The notes below the pieces were generated by a model. It was not told where the DNA came from and did no database searches. It saw only the letters and a program-made list of their open reading frames with translations. Shown one piece after another: positions 32,624-44,258 of a stretch of DNA of 64,000 bases (the stretch's first letter is position 1; every line of letters begins with the position of its first letter). The position numbers and the translations under genes are program-made. This DNA is from Piedraia hortae CBS 480.64 (Eukaryota), in NCBI GenBank assembly GCA_010093745.1, contig MU005989.1, forward strand, positions 2,776-66,775, in the 5' to 3' direction.

Positions 32624-34501
32624 TCACTCTCCCAACAACATCAGCATGCGCTGGGGCATCTTTCTGACCCGGGTGGGTCTCGACCTCACCGAGCTTTCCG
32701 CCACAACTGCAGAGACGACTGCAGTTTCTCCGTTCGTTACGGTGCTGGCGCTGCCGCTTGCCTTCTGCGCGAGGAGTGTCGTCTTGGCGGACTTGCTAAC
32801 CCGAACTGCTAATTTTTCCATTTGGACATGCTGGTCCTGGGTGGTCATGATCGAGTTGCTCGCCTGAACAGCTGCAGTCGCTGTGTCGCAGATCTGATGC
32901 GTAGTGGTGATTGTAGTTTGGTTTACCGTCACCGCTTGGTACTGTTTGCGGGCGACACGGCGCAATGTGCGTGGTTGAGTAGTTGGTTTGAGGACCTTTT
33001 TGGGCGGACCGTCCTGAGATCCTGCTTTGCGCTTGCGATTACTTGAGGAGGGGCCCTCTTGGGGATCGCGGGGGAGATTCGCCGTTGAGTTGGCTGTAGC
33101 GGTTTCTTCAATGATCGTTGAGGGCTTGATGGTCTTGACCGCGGTAGTAGACCTCTTCACGGCGTTGCTTCTAGGCTTTTTTGCCGGAGTTTGGACAACT
33201 TCCTGCTCCGCCTTGCGCTTTGCTGCGGCCTCCTTTTTTAATTCGATCACGTTGCGCCGCTTGGTCAAAAAGCCGCGGCAGCTTGGCGTGCCGCAGTGGC
33301 ATTTGAGAGGCGGGCCTGCGCATGTCTCGTAGTTGTAATCGTAGGTTAATTCGGTTCCAGCAGGTACACCGTCCTCGCCCGCAAAAACACCGAGGCGCAG
33401 CTTTCCATCGACGGTGAGCATGCGAACCTCGCAGTTCGGCTGGCATGAATGGTTTATGAAGCGCCCGACATTACCCTTCATTCCGTCTATAAGAAGTCCG
33501 TGCGCGAGGCCCATTATGTAGAAACACTCGGCGTAACTGTAATCTTCTCGAATGCGTCGTTGGCATTCGTACTCGGTGATAATTTCACCGGTATACTCCA
33601 TAACGATCTCGCCTGCAGCAAAAGACCGGCATGCGCGGACACCGTACCCGCGATTTGCCGTTTCGATGATCTCCACGCCCACATTGTAAGCTCCACCCTT
33701 TTTAAGGCGGGCCGCAAGATTGGCAAAAGGCCGATTGCCACACATCTTTGGGGGAAGTCTGCAATTGGCGGCGTTGCACTCATATTGCATCGCGCGGTTG
33801 ACACAAAAGTCACCGCACCCAAGCTGCTGTTCGAAATCCTGCGGGGGTTTGCAATCACAGGCTGACGTGTCCTCCTCTTTATTTTTCCAGTGAGTCTTGG
33901 CGTCCCCAATAAAGCGATTCTTATTTAGAATATGCCAGCCCTTAGGCTTTGCTTTCCTTACTGAGATAGAAAAGATATCGTGGGGAATTGTGAAATTGCG
34001 CTTCTGCGCCAGGTATTCATCCCTTGGCAGCGTCATGGAGAACTTCTTCTTGGCAGCTTGGCCTTTAGCGGACAAGGACCTTTTCTTCGGCTGTTTTTTG
34101 CCGGTGCACCCATCTTGGCTAAGATACAGGCTCTCTTGGAGCCAGACTTTGTTCACTCTGTTTCTCTCTAAGATGTTGCAATCTTCCGTGCTCTCTGCGG
34201 CTTCATTGTTTCCCTTGCTGTCTGAAAATGCTCCCGTTGGAGTTGAATTACTCGACGTCGGCGTCGGCATTTGAATTTCGTTAACCGCGGGCTTCAGTGG
34301 CTTTCTAGCGCGAGAGGTCTTGCCCGGGAGCTCAGTGTGCTTAGGCTGGTTTATACCAGTACTGCGGACGGGGACTATTTCCTCTGAAGTTTGCGATGCC
34401 TCAGCGGCTGCGATGTGATTTTTAGGCATGCTGCTACGGAGCGAGCGGTCAGAGCCTGATGGCTTTGGGGGGAGGCCCGCACGACTATTGCATCGAGGCA
34501 T
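32624..34501 (-). CDS. ASH1: ASH1-like H3K36 methyltransferase (AWS-SET-post-SET)
   Basis: KNRFIGDAK, CVNRAMQYEC...CGNRPF, RGYGVRACRSF..GEIVMEYTGEII, RFINHSCQPNC, ELTYDYNY, CHCGTPSCRG. Confidence 0.85.
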   Translation of the reverse strand: MPRCNSRAGLPPKPSGSDRSLRSSMPKNHIAAAEASQTSEEIVPVRSTGINQPKHTELPGKTSRARKPLKPAVNEIQMPTPTSSNSTPTGAFSDSKGNNEAAESTEDCNILERNRVNKVWLQESLYLSQDGCTGKKQPKKRSLSAKGQAAKKKFSMTLPRDEYLAQKRNFTIPHDIFSISVRKAKPKGWHILNKNRFIGDAKTHWKNKEEDTSACDCKPPQDFEQQLGCGDFCVNRAMQYECNAANCRLPPKMCGNRPFANLAARLKKGGAYNVGVEIIETANRGYGVRACRSFAAGEIVMEYTGEIITEYECQRRIREDYSYAECFYIMGLAHGLLIDGMKGNVGRFINHSCQPNCEVRMLTVDGKLRLGVFAGEDGVPAGTELTYDYNYETCAGPPLKCHCGTPSCRGFLTKRRNVIELKKEAAAKRKAEQEVVQTPAKKPRSNAVKRSTTAVKTIKPSTIIEETATANSTANLPRDPQEGPSSSNRKRKAGSQDGPPKKVLKPTTQPRTLRRVARKQYQAVTVNQTTITTTHQICDTATAAVQASNSIMTTQDQHVQMEKLAVRVSKSAKTTLLAQKASGSASTVTNGETAVVSAVVAESSVRSRPTRVRKMPQRMLMLLGE

Positions 34502-36969
34502 GCTAAGCTGGGTGCGGAAGAGAGAGGTGACTTATGAGAGGTGACTTAATCTTTGGGTAAAGTTCGAACTTACGGCCTACCGCCCCTTTGAGATTTTTAC
34601 ACCAAGGCAGGGGTGGGTGTCACATAAAACTTGAGACAGTGCGTGAGCGTTTTTTTCCTCCAAGTCTACATTAATATTTTTCAAGATCCTCAGTTAAGTT
34701 TGATGAGATTTGCTGTATCTTCGAAGCATCGCTTGCTCAAAGTTTTCATCGGGTGTGGAACAATGGTGGTGGGAGAGATAGATAGGAAAGTCCAATGTCT
34801 AAATATGATCGCTTCATGGGAGAAACCCGCAAGCAAGATGTGAAGCATGATGCCAAGTACAATGCCAAACGGTGAAGGCCGAGTATCGGGGGAGCGTTAA
34901 AGATGATCAAGGACCCGGGGCATGATTATCGGAGCTAAATAGCATCAAATTTCGCGGCAATCCGATCGCGTCGACTTTAACCGTCTCTCCTTCCTTGTGT
35001 TTCATTGGCCTCATTCAGGATGAAGCGATTGGTTTTGTGGTGTCCGTTAGCCCGGGGGTCAATACTTTGATGTTCATCGTTGATCACGACCAGACGCCTA
35101 CCTTGTTACTACAGGGCTCACCTTCACTGCCATATTTCTCTTCATCTCCTTCCTCAAAATGCCCCAGTTCTGAAGGGAATGCGGTGGCCGTCCAAAAATA
35201 TGAGGGTTGGAGTGGGCAGCACATATTCGCCGGCCCCGCCGCTGTATGCCCACAGGAAACTCCAGTGCGCCGCTGACAAGCTTGCCGCAGATGAAGAAAG
35301 AAGGAAATGATACGAAGACTATGGCAGAGCGATGCGGCTCAACCTTTCGGTACTCATACGTTGGCAGTCTATCAATGGCTGCTGCGGACCCCCTCCTTCT
35401 GGACAACAGTGTCGTCAGCAAAATCCCTGAGCCGACAGCAACATCCATCCGTGAGAGTTATATTTATGACTTTTCCGACGTGCCAGATACTTTATAGAGA
35501 GCCTTGTCTTGGTGGCAGCCTTACTTTGACGACGTTATTGATATCATTTCGCCTACACCATGGAGCTCGACTGGTATCATGTCCCCCAAGGGTCACTTGC
35601 CATAGAGCCGCGGGCATTAGTCCACGAATAGCTCACAAAAGGATCGGCGCTCAGTTAGGAGACGCGCCGCCGAGCTCTCCAATAAATCGCAACGTCATGC
35701 TAAAGACCGCGGAACGAATCTGTCTACACGTAACATTATGCTCGCCTCCGACACGTAAGCGGATCATACCATCACTCCCATCGCCTTTACAGACCTTTCC
35801 GCATGCTTCAACGCGTTTTCCTTTGACGAAGCGCAAGGCTTCCCTGAGTCAGGCCCGGGATGCAATATTAAATCTTGGCGAACACATAGTTCTGGATGCA
35901 TTGTGCCGCAAACAATTTGTTCCAAGGAAAGGCAAGCAGCAAATAACAAAATGGACGGCTAAGACGAGGCATGGCGCATGCGGGGCTGCTGACTTAATGG
36001 CAAGCCTGTTGTGCGGATGGACGAACCGCACATCTTGTCAATTTACTGAAGATCCTGAGGCATATTTCAATTGACCTATTGCTCAGGGCCACCGAGACAT
36101 ATCATGTCGACATGCGTCATCGAGGGCAACCGTCACGCCCAGCCCTATGATGTCGTTGACATCTATGCTCATAACTGCCCGGTATTCCTCTCCTTTGACC
36201 TCCACGCCACACTTCAGTTCAACCCAAACTTTGTCTTCAATCTGTCCAACCATATCAGAGCAAAAAACCTTCAGGTCAAAGTGAGTTTGCTTCCTTGAAG
36301 GTTGTTTGCTAGTGAAAGATGATATAAACCTTCCACCCACATTTTCTGAGGGCGGTGCTCGGTATCGTGAGGGCTCAGAGTTGGTCTGAGAGCTCTGTAC
36401 ATTGGTAAGCAGTACAGCTTGCACGTTCATCGACACGTTCCTGATGTACTGAAAACAGGACCAACGCCTTGATTTCCTGAATCAGACGGCCCCATCCTGG
36501 AAGGCAGTCGAAACTGCCGCGGCCGCGTGAGGACGACAGTATAGGCCCCAAGCATTGCGACAATCATCTTTCATCTCTCTTATCCTTGGGACGGGACAAT
36601 CTTTACGCTCACGCCCCTTAAAACGTGAAAAGTCCTCCACTGCTCACGGCACAAGTCTAGTTGTTCCGATGTGTACACTGATATCAACTGCCTATGCTAC
36701 AGCAAATTCTCCTGCAGCAGTGAGGTGACACTTTACGTGTGCAAAGTATGAAGACGCAAGGGAACAGAATGGTTCTTTGCAGATTCCATCCTCGATGAAA
36801 AGGCACGCACACACACTAAAGACTCGCTTCCACTAGCAAAACGGAAACTGATAAACGCCTCACGGACTTACAATGGGATACAAGGCTTTCGCTAAGTCGA
36901 AAAATATTTCAATGACGCAGCAGTGATGAAAGTGCACACTGTCAAACAACACCTCACCACGATTTCTGC

Positions 36970-37245
36970 GAGGATCCTCAAGTCTTATATATATCCCTGC
37001 ATCTCTTCCTCGATGGCAGCTTCTACCCTGACAATTTTATTGGACAGTCGACGATTATCTGCATTGCGGCACCGCGCCCTAAGAAGGCAAAAGCATCAAC
37101 ATTCCCTGGAGCAGAGCCGGTGTGGGTGATGCCGACTATCTGTACGCGTTTAACGAAGTCATTATGCCAATTGCCGAGGAAATTGATTCAAACCTCGTTG
37201 TCGTGGCCGCCGGATTCGAGACTGCTGTAGGCGATCAATCTGGCA
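36970..37245 (+). pseudogene. Fragment of a class II histone deacetylase (Hda1/Clr3-like)
   Basis: EDPQVLYISLHLFLDGSFYP, frameshift, HCGTAP*EGKSINIPWSRAGVGDADYLYAFNEVIMPIAEEIDSNLVVVAAGFETAVGD. This is internal Hda1 sequence with a stop and a frameshift, and no recognisable flanking gene parts. Confidence 0.8.
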
Positions 37246-37529
37246 ACCAGGTGCTCCCAGCTCTCAAGCCCTTCCAGCGAGCCTAACTTGGGTTAAAGAT
37301 CAAGCCAATCACGTTACAGCACTTGGTACGAGTGCAAACTGATTGCTCAAAGTTCTAACCGTGGCCGTTTTTACAGGACTTGTACAGTGCCAGGACACTT
37401 GCTGCATCGGGAACTCTCGGACCATGGCTGCAGATCTCGCCGTCTGTTTTACGGCGCTACTGTAAACTGAGATCTCTCACTTCGTCTCAACTCTGGAGTG
37501 CACTGATATTGCACTGTCCAAGGCCTTGC

Positions 37530-38052
37530 CACAAATTTCACTCTCCGATGACTTCCTGTAATACAGAAGACGACTACTCTCCGACTTATCCCTGGACTTC
37601 AATGTCATGTCTTTAGGCCTGTACTGAGTCCACAAACTCCAAACGATCAACCACGGCCAGCCTGTAGTCTTCCGCCCCAAACGACTCTTGCTCATGACGG
37701 CGCTTATGCTGGGCGACAGATTTTTAAGTGACATTTCTTACACACCACAGGCGCAGGTGCGTGGAACCTGTACTTTCAGCCCTCGAACCCGTTATAGAAC
37801 CCAACTTGATAAGGCAATCACGCTACGGCACTTGAGATCAATGTGGAGTGCACGACTGGACTATCAAAGAATGATGATCGTTTTCACAGCACCACGGGGT
37901 GCAGATTGAGAAGAAGCCCAACATATATGGACCAATCCAGACTGCGGAGCAGACCTACTTCTCCTCCTCCGCAAGAGTGCAAGGTCAAGTTCGTAATGTA
38001 TGACTGGAAGGAGCTTCCAGAGTGCGTGAAGAAGATCGAGGAGTATCTCTAG
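37530..38052 (+). pseudogene. Decayed Pho85-type (Pcl/Clg1-like) cyclin fragment
   Basis: DDFL*YRRRLLSDLSLDFNVMSLGLY*VHKLQTIN...RLLLMTALMLGDRFLSDISYT resembles the Pcl cyclin box (NVILLAL.FI.RL...RLLTVALMLGNKFLDDNTYT). Two in-frame stops. Confidence 0.65.
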
Positions 38053-39848
38053 AGCTCCCTGCGAAACATAGCAGGCGCATGGACAAGTCTTTGCTGAAAG
38101 CATCACGAGCAAAGCACAAGAGCGCAGAGAAGCGGCACGAAAGATGATTTGCCGTTTCTACAAGAGAAAGATGCTTCACAGCTTTGGAAGTCAAGAATCG
38201 GTGCGCCGCCGAAGGGGGCACTCGCGATGACATACAGAACGATTCGCTGGGTAGCTTTCTGTACGCCTCCCTGGAGGACTTGCTGGACAACTCAGGACGC
38301 TTCGCAGAGCAATGGAACAATAGAGAAAACCTCGCCGGCAGCGGTCGGTCAGGCGATGCCAGTCACTTCTCAGGCCAGGGACATTAATGTCAGCCTGAAG
38401 AACTAGCACATCTTTTTACAGACAACGGGACCTTCCTTCAGACAGAACGCCGGCATAATCTTGCGCTTGACGCCCTCTTCAGTAACACCAACATAGCATC
38501 GTGTCGTTAACAGCGACAGAGGTGATGCTGCGCGACTGATCACCAAACACCGTCCTATGAGTCCATGATGGCATGCATTGCGCGTGCGTCGCGGTACTCA
38601 CACCTCTACAGTCGTGTTTGCCAGTTTTACTACCCAGAGCAGCTGGATTTAGAGACACGCTGGCAAGAAGACGCTGATAATTGGTGAGGCACGACAAAAC
38701 GCGGTCCAGCGGTATGGAGAGCTCGAGGCCGCATTAAAGGATTTGGAAGAGGAATTGGCTTGTCGTGCGAGTATCAAAGAGTGTAAGTGCGGGTGCTTTA
38801 GGGCCCTCAATAGGGCATCATGAACGCCATTAAGCTTGTAAGAGGGCGATCTCGTCATTTGCGTCCAGGGAAGACGTATTGGTATGGGACATACGAACAC
38901 CCTTCGAGTGGTACCCGCAGAGGATAACCCTAGCCTGAATCAGGATGCGGTGATCGCTGCACAAGCTGGTGTTGGCGTACCTTACCATGTTTTCTAAATG
39001 TCTAGCTAATATTTGGGACCGCGTGGAATCGTTGAAACTGAGTTCCGTAGCGAATTTTTCAAGTGTGATCTCTCCTTCCATTCGGGCAACGGAAGAAAAT
39101 TGAATACCGTCTGCCGCTGAAATCTTTTCCATTGCATGCACCTCTGCGCTGTTCTTTTAAACCTTCCAGTGGCCATATGGCCGACATCGCTTTTTTGATA
39201 GAGCCTACATGGCTTTCCGGGGATAACAACATGCGAGGTCTGGAGCCGCAATGACGTGATGTATCGATGGTTGCTATTCTGAGGTTTTCTCGGGTTTAGA
39301 TATTCCAGAATGACCATCTGTATCGTTTGGCCGACCGTCCAATTTACCATTTTTGATGTAGAAGGAGCGATGCAAGTAGCTTCGGGTGCCAGTTGTCGGT
39401 ATGTAGTGTGTACGATATCTCAGGTCAGTCTCTTGTTTCTCGGAGATTTAACCTCATGCTTTTGTGTGGCCCATACCTGTAAACCTCACAAAGTATCATA
39501 GGTTAGAACCCATCTATATCATGGGTTTGCGAATCTAAATGGCAAACCCAGTCTCCGATTGATACACAATTCTACATGGCAAGGACAAACCTTAAAGTAG
39601 TATGGCCGCATTCAACAGGTATCATAAAGCAATGTAGGATGAACTCTTTCTCTCACACAACATAGAACTTTCTCCAGAAATACATATTGATTCGCTAGCC
39701 ATTGAGTAGTAACTACCTTCATCTCGCTCTCAGCAAGCCAGGATTTGTCCATATACACATAGCCACAGATTGCAGCCAAAAAAATCATGTCAAAGTTGAG
39801 CTGAAAATTTGCCAATCCAAAGAGAAAGACAATAGAAGTACAAAAAGA

Positions 39849-39939
39849 GGGCTCAGCTGAGGTTCGAACTCAGGACCTCCTGCAGATTGAAAATTCTCAA
39901 TTTCCCAAAGCAGGAATCCTACCACTAGACCACAGAGCC
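39849..39939 (-). tRNA. tRNA-Pro(UGG) with 19-nt intron
   Basis: GGCTCTG-TGGTCTAGTGGTAGGAT-T-CCTGC-TT-TGG-G-[AAATTGAGAATTTTCAATC]-T-GCAGG-AGGTC-CTGAGTTCGAACCTCAG-CTGAGCC-C, followed by a T5 Pol III terminator. One U:U pair in the acceptor stem. Confidence 0.93.
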
Positions 39940-40704
39940 ACTTCATTAAACTTAATGTGGTCATGACAGTAATATACACTACTGTGGACATCTTCTGACA
40001 GATAAACGCTGGAAGATCAGGAAGGGAGTAGAAACTGACCTGATGATGAAATGTTACCCGAAGTTCTGCCAATGAGAAGTGTGTTGGAGCCTCAGGCACT
40101 TACAGTTTTGCCGATACCCACTGACACTCTTGGCGGTGCACTGAATGTACGCGCCGCTCACTTCACGCATGTGGACGATCTAATGGCGTATCTCTGTCCC
40201 AGAGCATCGCGATGTCACAGTGCACGATGTGGCTTGCTTCGGTTCTTTGTACCTGGTCCCGATTCCCAAGACGAGATAGGCAGTTTTCTGTTCGGCTCTT
40301 TTCAGCTCGTGCGCATTCTAAGTTTGATTCTGTTGTGTCCTTACTCCTACGTTTACTTCTGACCATTGCTCATTGGTAGCGTTGGCTTTCCATGGCCCTG
40401 GTATGCATTGCTGCGTTAGATGTCTCTTTCTTTCCATTAAAAGGAACTTACCCGCTAGTCCTATAGACGAATTGAAGCTTTGAAATCCCGTCTCTGTAGT
40501 CTTCATCTTTTCGTATCCTCGGCAGGTAATTTCTGGTCTGTATATGTACTATGAAAACCCCATTTTTGCAGGACTCCATGCACTTGTTCCACGTAGTCTG
40601 ATAACTCGTACAGGTCGATGGAGTAATAAGAGATAATTACAGAGGTTTCATATACCCTTCTTTGAATCTCCAGCTTACCCGCCAAGCTCTTTGATTAGTT
40701 TTTT

Positions 40705-41298
40705 CTACCACCATCCATGTTTTTTTCCCTCCCACACTAACACCGCGACCCCAACGATGAATGGAATACCGATGGCAAATCTAAAGGTCGGAAGCCATCT
40801 GAGACGGTTCCAGAAGCTCTCCGTTATGGACACACTGCTCCGACTGGAGCTTGAAGAGCAAGTACTTGTTGTGGAGGAGCCATCATCTGTGCTTGAGATG
40901 TCCCGGCCTGTGTTCGAAGAGGTCCCGCTTGTGGCCAAAGAGCCTTCTCCGGAGGCTGCGGAGCAGAAGGTTGTCACCGAAGAGCAGCTCTCATCCCCGC
41001 AGTGTCCTTGTGTGTCAACGATAGGAGGAAGCTCTGCCTGAATTTCCAATAGCCAGCGTCCTGTCGCTGGGTTATATTCTAGCTTGCTAACTCTCACTAC
41101 CGCGTCTTCGAGACTTGATGTGCGGGTGTGTGCTGGTTCGGGGCGAGTGCATTGGTTTCTCGCATGATCGGGATTTCGTGATGCCGTTATAGTAGTAGCT
41201 ATCGATTGGCCAGATTGATCGTCCTCGGCGGGCGCCTTTGTTTCTTCCTGGGCACTATAGAATGATAGGTGGCTGGACCCTTCGCTCTCATGGCTCAT
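40705..41298 (-). CDS. Ser/Thr-rich orphan protein with C-terminal transmembrane segment (197 aa)
   Basis: ATG-initiated ORF ending FAIGIPFIVGVAVLVWEGKKHGWW, a tail-anchor pattern. No recognisable family. Confidence 0.5.
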   Translation of the reverse strand: MSHESEGSSHLSFYSAQEETKAPAEDDQSGQSIATTITASRNPDHARNQCTRPEPAHTRTSSLEDAVVRVSKLEYNPATGRWLLEIQAELPPIVDTQGHCGDESCSSVTTFCSAASGEGSLATSGTSSNTGRDISSTDDGSSTTSTCSSSSSRSSVSITESFWNRLRWLPTFRFAIGIPFIVGVAVLVWEGKKHGWW

Positions 41299-42511
41299 GG
41301 CTAAAAGGTCTGCTTTACAGTGCCAGTCTCAAGTAGAAGCTGCATTCAATGACATGGTTAATGATGAGTCAACCCCGAGCATGGTTCGGCAGGAAAAAGC
41401 GACCAAGTGTTATCATCTGATCTCCATAGCTGAGTAACTTAGGGTTTGACATTGTTTAGAAAGGCCCGAGATGGAACCTCAATTAATAGACAGGTGCATT
41501 GGGGTTGGATCTGGTTATAGATTTGGCGTTGTAACAATTGCTACTCATGCCAAGCAGACATGTTAAATATAGCATTCTCTGGAAACTGATATTACAGACG
41601 ACTGGCCAAATCGTTTAGTTTTACAAAATATGAAATAGGCAAGCGAACTCTCGTGTCACCGAAACTGCCAAAAGTATATGTAGCACGCCGCGAGCACGTC
41701 ATCATTTAAAGTTGGAGAGACGCGATGCGAATATCCCAAAAGAAGGAAGAGCGTGGTACTAGGTATAGAACTTGTAATGCTGGGTCATTGAACCGAGCCC
41801 CTTGTATGTTACTGACTCAGGAGCCCGCTTACTAAAACCAATGCCAGCGTGGCTGCTCGAATGCAAACCCTCCAGTGCGCTACCTTAGCTATACACCAAG
41901 ATTTGCGGGCCGTTCTGACCTCACCAAGACATTCAATGCAGCGGAAATACATCCCTTTGACAACAGGATCAAAACTACATGTTGAGTTCCTGTTGTTTTT
42001 GGCACTGATCAACTATGCTGTCAGACCGAGATAGCGCGAACCCATCTGGCACAAACTTTTGACCGCTACATAGCTGTACGCAGGTGTCAACAGGTTCTTG
42101 CAGACCGGATTCGAAGTGCCGACGATCCGCTATTTGTCCGCATGCGATCAAAGTCCTGCCTGATAGCTATCTTCGCCAAAGCCATTCTTCTGAAGAGGGA
42201 CCAGACCTTCTGTGTGAATGACAGCAAACAGGCTCAGGCGGCCTGAAGCTTGATCACAAAGTTGGATTAAAGTGCAGTGATAGGTCGGTAGGCTTCCAGC
42301 TCATGGTCGGCTTCTGTCTTTTTTGTAAGTTTTCAGCAAGCTGGTCATGACCTGACGCCAGGTACTCGGCCATGGTGTGCACGAGGGCAAGGTTCCAGGG
42401 GTCATTGCAACCGCGACGCAACCCAATCGATGATGTCGGCATCACCAATCCGCTCTATAATATGAAACATGCGTATGCACACCGCTCGTGCGAGATGGAC
42501 GCCCACAGAGA

Positions 42512-44258
42512 TCAATTAGGAACATATTTCCATACCTTTTCGCCCTGGTCATTTTTTACATGTGCAAAGCGTGTACTGAGCATATGTTTTATGACTTCAA
42601 GCGTGAAATGCGGACACCTATAAAAATCAGTTAAACCACCCTCGTAAATTAGCAATTAGATACCTTTGTTTGACATCCCGAACGAGGGCTGCTCGCTTCA
42701 GCTTACTACCGATGACGGCTAACTTGAACTCATCCAGGTCATTGCCCTCTAGCGGCTTGATTAATGGTGGCAAGCCAACAGCTTGGGGGATAGGCAGGCC
42801 AACGATGGGGGTACTTGGACCAAGCCCGGGTGCGATGCCGATGTAGGGCGTTCGCACGACCGGCGGAGGAGGGTCCATTCCTTTGGCCCAGTACTTCGTG
42901 TCAAAGGGGTCAATGCTGCTGATGCCAGGCACGAGAAAGGCCAATCCCATGCCTTTGAGTTCATCTGCGACTGCGGTAGTGGATGTCTCCCAGCAAATAC
43001 CAGTGGATATGGGGGCAAGCGAAATGTCCAGGTCGGTCTTGGCGCGAGGTGGGCCGGTCTTAACGCGAGGTCGGTCTTCGGAGTCATCGAGGAAGCCCTC
43101 GAGGTTGCCGTCGTCTTCCGGATCTTCTTCCTCTTCTTCTGAGAGAAGGTCTTCGCCACCTCCTTCTGAACCATCATCGACACCTTCCTGCCACTCTGCC
43201 TCGGAGTCGTAGTCATAATCCTTATCAGGGCGGTCGCGTTTAAAGGGGTTTCGGGCGAGGGAGGCACAGGTAGGGATTTTGGTATATGTACCGTAGTAGG
43301 GCGGCCGCACATGGTCAGTAAAGTGGATATAGCGAGTACTAACGATGCGGAGGGCGGCCAGAGCAAATTCTGACGGGGATTCGTTAGACGTCAGATCAAC
43401 GGGGGCAGAGGATGTTCCCTGGAGAATTTCCACCACGGACCGGATGTTTGGCTGGGGAATACCCCGTTCTTGGAAGGGAAAGAGGTCACTTGACAGCGGC
43501 GGGCTGCCACCAGATTTTAGCATTTCTCCAAAACGCACGAGCTGCTTCTCGTATTCGTCTTGGTCGTGGATAATGTATTCCGGCACGTGAACCGTCGTGT
43601 GCGGCGGCGTTTCAAATGGTAGAAAGAATTTGTGATACTCTGTCTCCTCTGTGCCAGGGCCCGAGCCAGCGGTAGGGGATCTCGGGCGTTCGGGCAGCGG
43701 AATGGCCGGCTGCGACTCCGTCTCCTTCTTATCGCCTGGCGCGGCGGTAAAGAAGGCGCCGAGCTTCAGTTGGCTGCGTTCCTTTTTCAGCTTTGCCTCT
43801 TGCTTCCGCTGCTCTTCTAAAGCCTTTTCGCGCTTCTTTGCCTCGCGTTCCTCGTCACGCGTCCGTTTCTCTGCCTCTTTGGCGGCCTTGCGGTCGGCAC
43901 GCTCTTTCTCCTTTTCCTCCTTGGCGCGCGCCCGTTCGGCTTGCTCCTCCGTCGTTAGTTTCCGCCGCTTGGGGGGCGGTGGTATTGCTGCTCCGCCCAA
44001 GGTGTTTTCCGCCATGCTGTCCTGTGTGCCTCCTAGGTCTGTTGGCGGCGGAGGCTGTAGAAATGTTTGCGGTGGAGGCGCAACGAACTGATTTCCGCGG
44101 AGGTTGAGAAGTTTTGCCCTGGGATCGTCGTCTTCAATCATGCGTCGCTTGGACGGCGACGGTGACGACGACTCGATCTCGTCCATGCTTACCGAGTGAA
44201 TTCTACGTGATTCTCGCGATGGATGGAACGCGTTCGGTCGCGTGGCGCGTGGCGCCAT
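42512..44258 (-). CDS. CAC1: Chromatin assembly factor 1 subunit A, 2 exons
   Basis: KER coiled coil, PIP-like QLKLGAFF, YIHFTDHVRPPYYGT, RNPFKRD...YDYDSEAEW, acidic tract. The 46-nt intron 42663-42618 leads to a last exon ending ...EKVWKYVPN*. Confidence 0.9.

Noticed and set aside
35307..36074. 255-aa ORF with faint alpha/beta-hydrolase-like words (TLAVYQWLL, LGGSL)
   Set aside because: Too weak to name by eye. Counted only as part of the decayed zone.
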